A stretch of DNA of 64,000 nucleotides from a virus (lineage: Duplodnaviria; Caudoviricetes), in the IMG/VR virus record IMGVR_UViG_3300029305_001452, positions 75,973-139,972 of that record; one strand, written 5' to 3'. Shown piece after piece: positions 16,520 to 25,962 of this stretch (its first letter is position 1; each line of letters opens with the position of its first letter). The notes below the pieces were generated by a model, which searched no databases, was not told the DNA's origin, and saw nothing but the letters and a program-made list of their open reading frames with translations. A program made the position numbers and the translations under genes.

Positions 16520-17595
16520 TGATTTATCTAGACCATGCGGCTACAACTCCAATATGTGAAGTTGCGAAAGAAGTTATAAGAGAACATCTTGATGATTTTG
16601 GAAATCCAAGCTCCGGACACGAACTTGGTAGGCAAGCAAGAGTGTTAATTGAAGATGCAAGAGAGCGAATTGCTAGATGTATTAATGCAGAGCCTAATGA
16701 AATATATTTTACTAGTGGTGGATCTGAAGCTAATACTTGGGCATTAAATCAATTTGGTACAATTGCCACAGAACTTGAACATCATTCTATTAATGCTGCA
16801 CGATATATGCCTGTTAATCCAAGCGGTATTGTAAATGTAGAAGCATATAAAAATATGACATATTGGATAGGTGATGCAGTATCTTGTATGTATGTCAATA
16901 ACGAACTTGGAACAATTCAGCCCATTAAAGACGTTGCTGAAATATCTCACGATAAAAAGAAGTGGTTTCATACTGACGCAGTACAGGCAGTAGGCCATAT
17001 TCCTATTGATGTAAAAGATATTAATTGCGATATGCTTTCTGCGTCTGGGCATAAATTTGGAGCGCCTAAGGGTGTTGGGTTTCTTTATATAAAAAATGAT
17101 TATCCAGACCTTGATCCTTTAATTTATGGCGGCAAACAAGAACAAGGTATACGTGGCGGCACAGAAAATGTACTTGGCATTATCTCTATGGCGGCAGCAC
17201 TTGAAGATGCCGTGGAACATATGGAAGAGCACAACGCCCATATTAAGCATCTAAGAGATAAAATGTTAGATAAACTACTTCAAATTCCCGGTTCGCACCT
17301 TAATGGTTCATTAGAAAGCCGTGTCTCTAGTAATATAAACATTCGATTTTCTGGGGTTTCTGGAGCAAGATTAGTTACATTGTGTAGTTTGTATGGTATT
17401 TATATTTCCTCTGGATCAGCATGTAATGAGGGTGTTTCTGAGCCAAGTCATGCATTAAAAGCTATTGGTCTAACAGACGAAGAAGCGTTGAGTAGTATTC
17501 GTATTACCATAGGACATGAAAATACAGAAGAAGAAATTGACCAAGCAGCAAATATTATTACAAAGTTAGTTGAAAGGATGCGTAATGAAGATTAA
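16516..17595 (+). CDS. iscS: Cysteine desulfurase (IscS/NifS class)
   Basis: YLDHAATTP, FTSGGSE, HTDAVQ, SGHKFGAPKG, SSGSAC. Confidence 0.92.
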   Translation: MMIYLDHAATTPICEVAKEVIREHLDDFGNPSSGHELGRQARVLIEDARERIARCINAEPNEIYFTSGGSEANTWALNQFGTIATELEHHSINAARYMPVNPSGIVNVEAYKNMTYWIGDAVSCMYVNNELGTIQPIKDVAEISHDKKKWFHTDAVQAVGHIPIDVKDINCDMLSASGHKFGAPKGVGFLYIKNDYPDLDPLIYGGKQEQGIRGGTENVLGIISMAAALEDAVEHMEEHNAHIKHLRDKMLDKLLQIPGSHLNGSLESRVSSNINIRFSGVSGARLVTLCSLYGIYISSGSACNEGVSEPSHALKAIGLTDEEALSSIRITIGHENTEEEIDQAANIITKLVERMRNED

Positions 17596-18184
17596 TTATA
17601 AGACCAGTATTTTTATTATTGTGGTCGTTGCATTAATTATTACTATTGCCTGTGCAAGATATTTAGCAACAGAAAACAATAGAATTAATAACGAACTTAT
17701 AACAGCACAAAATGAATTAACCATTACAAAAGAAGAATTAATTTCAACGCAAGAAAGTTTGGCAGAAGAAATTAAAATATCTACTAATCTAAATAAGCTT
17801 ATTGAAAATACAAATATAGAACTTGAAAGTTTAAACACGACAATTGGACATCTAAAGAACGAAGAATATGAATTTGTATATATGGGTGATTTTAAATACA
17901 CATATTATTGTGATGAGAGATATCCTCATATTTGTGGATATGGTGTTGGTTTAACTGCAAGTGGCAAACCCACAGAAGTTGGTTGGACAGTAGCAGCGGA
18001 CACTTCGGTTCTTCCTATGGGTTCAATTATTTATGTTGAGGGTTTAGGTTTTAGAGAAGTTATGGACCGTGGTGGTGGAGTAAATGGCAATCACATTGAT
18101 ATTCTGATGACAACCCATAATGAATGTTTTCAGCAAACTTTAATTAATGGTGGAATTTGGGTTTTAGTTCAGAAAGGGTCTTGA
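17570..18184 (+). CDS. Membrane-anchored coiled-coil protein with 3D domain
   Basis: N-terminal TM; TASG...VAAD..VLPMGS...DRGG....HIDI. Confidence 0.85.
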   Translation: MKGCVMKINYKTSIFIIVVVALIITIACARYLATENNRINNELITAQNELTITKEELISTQESLAEEIKISTNLNKLIENTNIELESLNTTIGHLKNEEYEFVYMGDFKYTYYCDERYPHICGYGVGLTASGKPTEVGWTVAADTSVLPMGSIIYVEGLGFREVMDRGGGVNGNHIDILMTTHNECFQQTLINGGIWVLVQKGS

Positions 18185-18209
18185 CAATACAAAATTAATG
18201 TGGTATAAT
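18181..18209 (+). promoter_or_regulatory. SigmaA promoter containing ACAAAATTAAT in its spacer
   Basis: TTGACA-N17-TATAAT with TG. Confidence 0.85.
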
Positions 18210-18231
18210 ATCATCACAAACGGTACTAAGT

Positions 18232-18267
18232 AGGCTAATATAGGAGAAATCTTATGTTAGCCTTTTT
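18232..18267 (+). terminator. Terminator/attenuator just downstream of the promoter
   Basis: AGGCTAATATAGGA-GAAA-TCTTATGTTAGCCT plus T run. Confidence 0.65.
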
Positions 18268-18273
18268 GCAAAG

Positions 18274-18477
18274 GTGGTGTATATTATGATTAAAGTGGAA
18301 AATGAGTGCGTAGATTGTGGATTGCCGTGCCTATATTCATCTTGTCCATATTGGGCTGTTAAAAGATTTTATTGCGACGAATGTCATGACGAGGCAAAAC
18401 TTTATTGGTATGATAATGAACAGTTGTGCTTAGATTGTATTGAGAAAAGATTAGAAAAGGTTGAGTGTGATGACTGA
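18274..18477 (+). CDS. Cys-rich small protein
   Basis: CVDC..PC....C, CDEC, CLDC. Confidence 0.7.
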   Translation: MVYIMIKVENECVDCGLPCLYSSCPYWAVKRFYCDECHDEAKLYWYDNEQLCLDCIEKRLEKVECDD

Positions 18478-18610
18478 AAAGAATAAGAAAAAGGAAGAAG
18501 CTAAAAAGCAAAGAAACCTATGGCCATTTAGCCCCGTGACTAGAACGGTTGAAAGTAAAAAGAAGTATAGTCGTAGAAAGGATCGCAAAGACAAGAGATT
18601 ATATGATTAA
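18470..18610 (+). CDS. Small basic protein (46 aa)
   Basis: Read by hand: MTEKNKKKEEAKKQRNLWPFSPVTRTVESKKKYSRRK... Confidence 0.55.
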   Translation: MTEKNKKKEEAKKQRNLWPFSPVTRTVESKKKYSRRKDRKDKRLYD

Positions 18611-18621
18611 GGAGAATTATT

Positions 18622-19038
18622 GTGCAATTAACAAAGAAAGATAAAACATACTTTAATATTGCAAAAGAAGTGTCAAAGCTTTCTGATTTTCCTAGGGTGC
18701 AAATTGGTGCATGTGCCGTTTATAAGCATAAAGTAATTAGCACCGGATGTAATTCTCAGCGTACTAGTCCGCTACAGAAAAAATATAATCAATATAGATT
18801 TACGGTGGAAACACCTCATACATGCCACGCAGAAATCAGTTGTCTGAAACCTCTAATTGGACGTAGAGATATTGATTTTAAAAATGTAGAATTATATATT
18901 TACAGAGAATATAGAAATAATGAATTAGCATTATCTCGTCCGTGTACAAGTTGTATGAAATTAATTTCAGATCTTGGAATCAAACACATCTATTACACCA
19001 ATTCTGGTGGTTTTTCACATGAAGAAATTTTAATTTAA
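18622..19038 (+). CDS. Zn-dependent cytidine/dCMP deaminase-fold protein
   Basis: HAE...SRPCTSC. Confidence 0.85.
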   Translation: MQLTKKDKTYFNIAKEVSKLSDFPRVQIGACAVYKHKVISTGCNSQRTSPLQKKYNQYRFTVETPHTCHAEISCLKPLIGRRDIDFKNVELYIYREYRNNELALSRPCTSCMKLISDLGIKHIYYTNSGGFSHEEILI

Positions 19039-19050
19039 AGGAGAAATAAT

Positions 19051-19632
19051 ATGATTCAAATTAGAAGCAGTGTATTTGAAACCAACTCTAGTTCTATGCA
19101 TAGTATTGCAATCCCTAGAAATTGCAAGGCGGTTAGTAGTGTGCATTTTAGCATTGGTGAGTTTGGTTGGGAGTGGGATGAAGTTGATGCTGCGAATTAT
19201 TTGTATACTGCAATTTGCATAAATTCTGAAAGTGAATCCGAAGTAAAAGAAAAGATTGAAAAGTTGGAAAATATTTTGAATAATCATGGTATTTCCTGTA
19301 GCTTTGGACGAATTGAAAATCATGTTTGGCATGATGATTATGACAATACAGATTATTTCTGTCTTGATAATGGATATATTGACCATGGTTATGAGTTGAA
19401 AGAATTTGTTGACGAGCTTTTCAATGATGAAGATAAGCTTGTAAGATTTGTTAGTGGTGGTCTTGTGTTTACCGGCAATGACAATTCCGATATGGAAGAT
19501 TGGTGTTATATCAGAAGAAATCATGAATATTTAGATAAATATGATTGGCGGACTAAGACAAGTACTCAGTTTAAGAATCCGTATTATATGAGTAATCACG
19601 CAGATTATGAATGGTATGACAAGGGTAACTAA
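19051..19632 (+). CDS. FETNSSS-leader protein 1
   Basis: N-terminus MIQIRSSVFETNSSSMHSI. Confidence 0.8.
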   Translation: MIQIRSSVFETNSSSMHSIAIPRNCKAVSSVHFSIGEFGWEWDEVDAANYLYTAICINSESESEVKEKIEKLENILNNHGISCSFGRIENHVWHDDYDNTDYFCLDNGYIDHGYELKEFVDELFNDEDKLVRFVSGGLVFTGNDNSDMEDWCYIRRNHEYLDKYDWRTKTSTQFKNPYYMSNHADYEWYDKGN

Positions 19633-19644
19633 GGAGGCAAGATT

Positions 19645-20022
19645 ATGAAGCAGATTAGACGTGGAGTTTTTGAAACAAATAGCAGCAGCACACATTCTCT
19701 TACAATGATGATGAAGAATGATTATGAGAGATGGCATAATGAAAAGCTTTATCTGTATGAAGGTGGTTATGGTTGGGAATTTAGTAAGCCTATTAAAAAT
19801 TCTCTTTATACAAAGGAAGAAGTTCTTAAATTTGCAAAGAATAATAGATATTGGCATGATTATGTAGAAGATGAATATAAAGAATATGAAATGCTGAGAG
19901 ATATGGGTTTCATTGCTTGGGATGACGAGGGTAGTGAGTACCTTGAATGTTTCTATAAAGAGTTTACAACTCCTTCTGGTGAAACGATTGTTGCCTTTGG
20001 CGAGTATGGTTATGATGGTTAA
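19645..20022 (+). CDS. FETNSSS-leader protein 2
   Basis: N-terminus MKQIRRGVFETNSSSTHSL. Confidence 0.8.
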   Translation: MKQIRRGVFETNSSSTHSLTMMMKNDYERWHNEKLYLYEGGYGWEFSKPIKNSLYTKEEVLKFAKNNRYWHDYVEDEYKEYEMLRDMGFIAWDDEGSEYLECFYKEFTTPSGETIVAFGEYGYDG

Positions 20023-20031
20023 GGAGATTAT

Positions 20032-20550
20032 ATGATTCAAATTCGTAATAATGTATTTGAGACAAATAGTAGTAGTACTCATTCACTTTCTATGACAAAC
20101 GAACATATTAGCGATACAGAATTGAATGACCTGGCATTTGAAAACACCTACATTATCAAGCCATTTAAATCTGATGAGGTTGACGACATTATGGAATTAC
20201 ATAGTGTTAAGGACAAACTAAGATATTTTCTTACATTATACTATCAATCTTGGGACGATACACCAGGTTCGTGCAAGAACGAATTTATGAAGCTGCTTAA
20301 AAAGATTTTTCCTAATACAATATTTAGTTTAGAGATTGGACACCAATATATTTTTGAAGATGGAGAATATTTTTTTGACAGCTACTTTGACAAAGCAGAA
20401 TGCACTAAGCTAATGGACGAACATATACTCAAAAAGTTTATACTCTATGGAACAATTAATTTTGGAGATAGAGATAGAGAAGAATATTATGACAAAGTAA
20501 ACCATATTCGATACAATAAAGACCTGTGGAGTGTTGATTGGTCTGGCTGA
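20032..20550 (+). CDS. FETNSSS-leader protein 3
   Basis: N-terminus MIQIRNNVFETNSSSTHSL. Confidence 0.8.
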   Translation: MIQIRNNVFETNSSSTHSLSMTNEHISDTELNDLAFENTYIIKPFKSDEVDDIMELHSVKDKLRYFLTLYYQSWDDTPGSCKNEFMKLLKKIFPNTIFSLEIGHQYIFEDGEYFFDSYFDKAECTKLMDEHILKKFILYGTINFGDRDREEYYDKVNHIRYNKDLWSVDWSG

Positions 20551-20568
20551 TTAAAAAGGAGATTTAAT

Positions 20569-21459
20569 ATGAATATTCTTGGTGAATATAAAAACGGTAA
20601 CTATAATGTCCGTATTTATGAAGATGGCACAAAAGTAAGATTTAACGATCTTGACAACTTTAATCCTACATTTGCAGAAAACTGTGATGTTAAAATTACC
20701 GACAAGTGTGATGGTGGATGTCCTTTCTGTTACGAGGGATGTACTCCCAATGGCAGACACGGTGATATTTTGAATCCTAAGTTCCTAGGCACTCTGCATC
20801 CTTATACAGAGCTTGCTATTAATGGCAATGACTTGTCTCATCCTGACTTGGGTGCTTTTATGATTAAAATGAAGGAGAAGAGGGTCATTTTGAATATGAC
20901 TGTTAACCAGATTCATTTTGAAAAGCATTTTGATTATATTAGGAGTTTGGTGCAGGATGGTTACATTTATGGTCTTGGTGTGTCGCTGAAAGAGCCTACT
21001 GATGAGTTTATTAAAATGATTAAGCAGTTTCCCAATGCAGTGATTCATGTGATTAACGGCGTTGTATCCGTACATGACTTGGCTCGTCTTGCAAGTCACA
21101 ATCTTAAGGTTCTTATTCTTGGTTACAAGAACCTTCGCCGTGGAGAAAGTTACTATGAGCAGAATGATGAGATTGTGACCGCTTTGCAGGAAGACTTGGA
21201 CGCATTTTTGTTCCCAGAAATCATTAACAATGGTTGGTTTAAGGTTGTAAGCTTTGACAATCTTGCAATCAAGCAGCTTCATGTGCAGAAGCATCTGCCA
21301 GAAGAGCAGTGGGAAGAATTCTATATGGGTGATGATGGTAATTATACTTTCTATATTGATATGGTAGATGGAACTTTTGGTAAGAATTCTTTAGCTACCA
21401 AAAGATATCCTATTATGGATAATATTGACGATATGTTTAACAAAATTAAAGGAGAATGA
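20569..21459 (+). CDS. Radical SAM enzyme
   Basis: CDGGCPFC (CxxxCxxC). Confidence 0.88.
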   Translation: MNILGEYKNGNYNVRIYEDGTKVRFNDLDNFNPTFAENCDVKITDKCDGGCPFCYEGCTPNGRHGDILNPKFLGTLHPYTELAINGNDLSHPDLGAFMIKMKEKRVILNMTVNQIHFEKHFDYIRSLVQDGYIYGLGVSLKEPTDEFIKMIKQFPNAVIHVINGVVSVHDLARLASHNLKVLILGYKNLRRGESYYEQNDEIVTALQEDLDAFLFPEIINNGWFKVVSFDNLAIKQLHVQKHLPEEQWEEFYMGDDGNYTFYIDMVDGTFGKNSLATKRYPIMDNIDDMFNKIKGE

Positions 21460-21461
21460 CA

Positions 21462-21626
21462 ATGAGTCAGCAGGATTATTTTGAACAGAGCTTGTGTCGT
21501 AAGTGCTTTATTAAGCATTGCAAACCCACGAAGAAAGAAATTAAGAAGATGGTTATGAGTGAAGAACAATATGAATGTGATTGCTGTCACAAGACAGACT
21601 ATGTTGTAGAGTATTTGGAGGATTAA
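21462..21626 (+). CDS. Small zinc-binding protein (54 aa)
   Basis: Read by hand; CRKC...CDCC; GGAG RBS. Confidence 0.6.
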   Translation: MSQQDYFEQSLCRKCFIKHCKPTKKEIKKMVMSEEQYECDCCHKTDYVVEYLED

Positions 21627-21628
21627 TA

Positions 21629-22405
21629 ATGACAGACGAACAGCTAAAATTAGTACAGCCAATTTTAGATACATTTGAAAATTTAGATATTAAGGAGTTT
21701 GCAACGGTACTTTTAAATGATATTCCAAATTATATTTGGCATGTAGGAGCAAGTTCTACTGGTAAATATCATCCGGCATATAGTCTTGGTGAAGGTGGTC
21801 TAATGCGCCATCAAATTGCAGTTGTAAGATTTCTAAATTTCTTCTTTGCACTAGAACAATATAATACCAAGTTTACAAGTAGAGAACGAGACTTAATGCG
21901 ACTTGCAGGGTTAGTGCATGACGCAAGAAAGTCTGGCTCGCAAGAAGATTACGAGAAATCTAAATATACTAAGTTTAATCATCCAGTTTTAATGGCAGAT
22001 GTAATTCGTAGGTTTGATGGACAATATCTAAATCATGACGAACTCGAACTTATTGCAGACACTATTAGTAAGCATATGGGTCAATGGAATACCGATAGAA
22101 AGAGTTCTTTAGAATTGCCTAAGCCTAACGATAAATATTCAAGACTCGTACATCTGGCAGACTATCTTGCTTCTAGAAAAGATTTAACTATGGATTTTGA
22201 GGGTTATATTGCAACACCTACTTCTGTAACATTCGATCCAGAGTATAAGATTTCATTTGGCAAGCATTCTGGTAGACGTCTAATTGATGTATATAATGCT
22301 ACACCTGATTATATTGCATGGTGTGAGGAAAATATTCATCGCTCTGATTTTCTACAGATGATTAAAGCAATGAAAGAATATTTAAAGAATAGGGAGAATG
22401 CATAA
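21629..22405 (+). CDS. HD-domain phosphohydrolase with C-terminal FGKH domain
   Basis: ASSTGKYH, GGLMRH, LVHD, HMG, HLADY; GGAGG RBS before ATG 21629. Confidence 0.85.
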   Translation: MTDEQLKLVQPILDTFENLDIKEFATVLLNDIPNYIWHVGASSTGKYHPAYSLGEGGLMRHQIAVVRFLNFFFALEQYNTKFTSRERDLMRLAGLVHDARKSGSQEDYEKSKYTKFNHPVLMADVIRRFDGQYLNHDELELIADTISKHMGQWNTDRKSSLELPKPNDKYSRLVHLADYLASRKDLTMDFEGYIATPTSVTFDPEYKISFGKHSGRRLIDVYNATPDYIAWCEENIHRSDFLQMIKAMKEYLKNRENA

Positions 22406-22908
22406 TGGCAGAAATTCTAGGTGGTGGAACACTATATAAAGCATTTAGAGAACTTGGCATTGAGGCTACAAGAACATATAAGGGTAGCGACAAACCATAT
22501 TATCAGATATGGGAACTATCCAAGGATGACCTAAAGAAGCTAGAATACGTTGAGGAATGGAAAGACGAGTGGGGCTGGTGGCGTTATGCCAAGGGTTCTA
22601 ATATGGGCACACCTTTTGATTTCTTTACAGTCAATGGCAAGGAATTAATTGCTTGGGAAGATTCGTACAAAAGACAAGATCTTATGGACGAATGGGAAGA
22701 TGAGCCTGATGACGAAAAGGCTGCATATCATTATTCCTTTAGAGAATATGAAAAGGCCATGAATCCTCATACATACGATAATTTGACCACCTATATGTGT
22801 GATGAACTTGGTGCTTCTCAGCCGAGAAATGTTTGTGCTTTAGCAGTTGATCTTGCTCGTGCTAATGGTTTAACTATGGCGAAACTTTTTGAGCTTTATG
22901 AGGGATGA
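22405..22908 (+). CDS. Hypothetical protein
   Basis: Coupled ORF. Confidence 0.7.
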   Translation: MAEILGGGTLYKAFRELGIEATRTYKGSDKPYYQIWELSKDDLKKLEYVEEWKDEWGWWRYAKGSNMGTPFDFFTVNGKELIAWEDSYKRQDLMDEWEDEPDDEKAAYHYSFREYEKAMNPHTYDNLTTYMCDELGASQPRNVCALAVDLARANGLTMAKLFELYEG

Positions 22909-23465
22909 TTATGGGTAAACAATTTTATATTGCAGATTGGCATTATGACCATGCTAATTGTATCGTGTTCGACAATAGACCATTTAAGAATGTCCAAGAA
23001 ATGAACGAAGAACTTATTAAAAGATGGAATAAAGTTGTTTCGGACGACGATACTGTTTATATTCTTGGAGATATGTTTTGGTGTAATTGGAAGGATGCGC
23101 TGCCTGTTTTAGACAAACTACATGGTAAAAGGATCTTAATCAAGGGCAATCATGATAGGTGTAATGAAAGTCAATTTGTGAAGAAGTTCAGCAAAATTGT
23201 AGATTATCTTGAAATTAAAGATAATGATCGTAACGTCGTTCTTTGTCATTATCCTATTCCTTGCTTTAAGAATCACTTCTATGGTTGGTATCATCTGTAT
23301 GGTCATGTGCATACTTCATTTGAATATAATATGATGGAGCATAACAAATATTTAATGAATGAACTTTATGGTAAGCAGTGCGAAATGTTTAATGTTGGCG
23401 CTATGATGCCGTATATGGATTACACACCAAGAACACTCGATGAAATTATTGGTAATAATAAGTAA
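22905..23465 (+). CDS. Metallophosphoesterase
   Basis: ADWH, LGD, GNHD, HYP, GHVH. Confidence 0.9.
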   Translation: MIMGKQFYIADWHYDHANCIVFDNRPFKNVQEMNEELIKRWNKVVSDDDTVYILGDMFWCNWKDALPVLDKLHGKRILIKGNHDRCNESQFVKKFSKIVDYLEIKDNDRNVVLCHYPIPCFKNHFYGWYHLYGHVHTSFEYNMMEHNKYLMNELYGKQCEMFNVGAMMPYMDYTPRTLDEIIGNNK

Positions 23466-23561
23466 AAATGTACAAATGGCCGGGAGAAATCTTGGCCATT
23501 TTGCCATATTGACTTTTTTAAAATATATGATATATTAACAGTACAAAATTAATTGGGGTGA

Positions 23562-24032
23562 TTGATTATGGGTACTAACTTTTATCTTATGACTAGAAAT
23601 AAATCTATGGCACAAAAATATGCGCCTTATTCTTATAGTCTTACAGACGAGCCGTATTTTGGATATGAAATCCATATTGCAAAAACCAGTTGTGGGTGGT
23701 TGCCTCTTTTCCAAGGTCATAAAGACGGTATTAATTCCGTCCGTGAATACAAGGCTGCATATGAAACTGGTGAATTTGATATCGTAGACGAATACGGCAA
23801 TTCTTATAATTGGGAAGAATTCACAGAAAGAGTGTTAAAATTTAATGGTGGGGTTCGTGGAGTGGAGCCGCTTAAAAAGATTGAAGTAGACACAAGTTCT
23901 CAGTTTTATGACCATAGACTACCAGAATACATGCCGATTAGTCATTTTGATTATAAATATGATTATTATTATGTTAATGATTATTTTGCAGATGAAGATG
24001 GTTATGAATTTGACAAGAGGGAGTTTTCATAA
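23562..24032 (+). CDS. Hypothetical phage protein (MGTN(F/Y)Y type)
   Basis: ORF after a promoter at ~23509-23536. Confidence 0.7.
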   Translation: MIMGTNFYLMTRNKSMAQKYAPYSYSLTDEPYFGYEIHIAKTSCGWLPLFQGHKDGINSVREYKAAYETGEFDIVDEYGNSYNWEEFTERVLKFNGGVRGVEPLKKIEVDTSSQFYDHRLPEYMPISHFDYKYDYYYVNDYFADEDGYEFDKREFS

Positions 24033-25156
24033 TGTACAAGATTGAATTGAGAGATTTCGTTTTATCTCATGATAATTGGGAAGAATTACTTACAACCGAA
24101 CCTTATTATCTAAAGATTTCTCGTGATCGTGGATATATTATGTTTAAGTATAACCAGTTGTTTTCTGATTTTAACATTCCTCTAGTACGTGAGGCACGTG
24201 GTATTATTTTTAGAGAACATGACTGGAAGTGTGTTTGTGATCCGTTTCGAAAATTCGGCAATTGGGGAGAGTCATATTGCCCAGAAATTAACTGGGAAAC
24301 TGCATCTGTTCAGCAAAAAGTTGATGGATCTCTTATTAAATTTTGGTGTGATGATGGCTGGCATATTTCTACCAATGGATCTATTGATGCGTTTAAGGCA
24401 GAACTGAATAATGTAAAATATCAAAATTTTGGACAGCTTGTAATTGATGCAATCCGCAGAGTATTTCCAAATTATCACGATTTCTTTAATATGCTTAATC
24501 CTTACTGTACTTATATGTTTGAACTTGTATCTCCATATAATAGAGTGGTTATTCCTTATGAGAGAGCAAAGTTGTATTTTCTAGGTGTAAGAAATCTTGA
24601 TACTGGAGTAGAATACATGCCAGAGGAATACGAAATTTCTCAATATTTTCAAATCCCTAAGCGTTATGCGTTATCTACTCTAGAAGATGTACAAAAAGCA
24701 GCAAACGCACTCCCGTGGGATCAAGAAGGATATGTTGTATGCGATTCTAATTTTAATCGAGTTAAGATTAAAAGTCCTGCTTATGTAAATGCTCATTATG
24801 TTAGAAACAATAATATTATTACTGTAGAACGACTTGTGCAAATCGTACTTAGTGGGGAGAAAAAAGAATTTTTAATCTATGCTTCAGAGTACACTAATGA
24901 ATTACTAGACATAGAAAGTGCTATGCGTAAGATTGCTAGTAATTCCGTTGAACAAATGAAAATTCTATTTGGGGCATCATATGAATTTGCAAATCGTAAA
25001 GAATATGCTGATGTAATAGCTAAGTATCCAACGTATATGAAAGAGTTTCTTTTTAATTGTTTTGACGATAGAATTTTTTGGGACTATGCAAGAAGTTGGA
25101 ACATAGATAGATGGGTTAAAGCAATTAATGAATTTAAGGCTGGTGATAATAAATGA
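24032..25156 (+). CDS. RNA ligase, T4 Rnl1-like
   Basis: EARG, KF.N, QKVDGSLI (KxDG), FEL, EGYVV, RVKIK. Confidence 0.88.
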   Translation: MYKIELRDFVLSHDNWEELLTTEPYYLKISRDRGYIMFKYNQLFSDFNIPLVREARGIIFREHDWKCVCDPFRKFGNWGESYCPEINWETASVQQKVDGSLIKFWCDDGWHISTNGSIDAFKAELNNVKYQNFGQLVIDAIRRVFPNYHDFFNMLNPYCTYMFELVSPYNRVVIPYERAKLYFLGVRNLDTGVEYMPEEYEISQYFQIPKRYALSTLEDVQKAANALPWDQEGYVVCDSNFNRVKIKSPAYVNAHYVRNNNIITVERLVQIVLSGEKKEFLIYASEYTNELLDIESAMRKIASNSVEQMKILFGASYEFANRKEYADVIAKYPTYMKEFLFNCFDDRIFWDYARSWNIDRWVKAINEFKAGDNK

Positions 25157-25962
25157 ACTTTCATTCAGATGAATGGATTATGGATCGTGTTAGAGAGCAT
25201 TATAATGAAGCTCTTGAGCACTTCCCGGAAGATAGAATTGTAGGTATTTTTTACCAGGGGTCTGGCAACTACGGCCTAGACTACGAAGGTTCTGACGTAG
25301 ATACTAAGCTAATTGTTACACCTACATTTAAAGATATTGCAATGAACCATAAAGCTGTAAGCACAACTCATATCAGAGAGAATGAGGAACATATCGATTT
25401 TAAGGATATTAGACTTTATATCCAGACATTCAGAAAGCAGAACTTGAATTTCTTGGAAATTCTTTTTACTAAATATGCAATCATCAATTCTATGTATAAA
25501 GCTGAATGGGATAGGCTAGTGGAAGCTCGTGAAGCAATTGCACATTACTCTCCTGTACAAGCCATTAAGTCTATGAAGGGTATTGCTATGGAAAAGTACC
25601 ATGCAATGGAACATCATTACCCCGCACGAATGGCATGGATTGAAAAGTTTTCTTACGACCCTAAACAACTGCATCATCTGATACGAGTGCGAGAGTATAT
25701 TGAAAGATATATTGACGGAGAATCTTATGAAGATTGCTTAATTTCTACACAGCCAGGATATCTTCAGAGAGTAAAGGTTGGTTTTCACAATTTAGACGAT
25801 GCTCGTATTATTGCTAATAATTCTATTGAGCGTATTAATAGTATGTGCAACGAATATTTGGAAACTTGTTCTAAAGAAGTTGATAAAGATGTTGATGCTC
25901 TACTGGACGATGTACAGTACAACATTATGAAAATTGCTATTCAGAAAGAGATTGGTGATTAA
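25153..25962 (+). CDS. Pol-beta-superfamily nucleotidyltransferase
   Basis: QGSGNYGL....SDVD; NFLEILF. Confidence 0.8.
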   Translation: MNFHSDEWIMDRVREHYNEALEHFPEDRIVGIFYQGSGNYGLDYEGSDVDTKLIVTPTFKDIAMNHKAVSTTHIRENEEHIDFKDIRLYIQTFRKQNLNFLEILFTKYAIINSMYKAEWDRLVEAREAIAHYSPVQAIKSMKGIAMEKYHAMEHHYPARMAWIEKFSYDPKQLHHLIRVREYIERYIDGESYEDCLISTQPGYLQRVKVGFHNLDDARIIANNSIERINSMCNEYLETCSKEVDKDVDALLDDVQYNIMKIAIQKEIGD

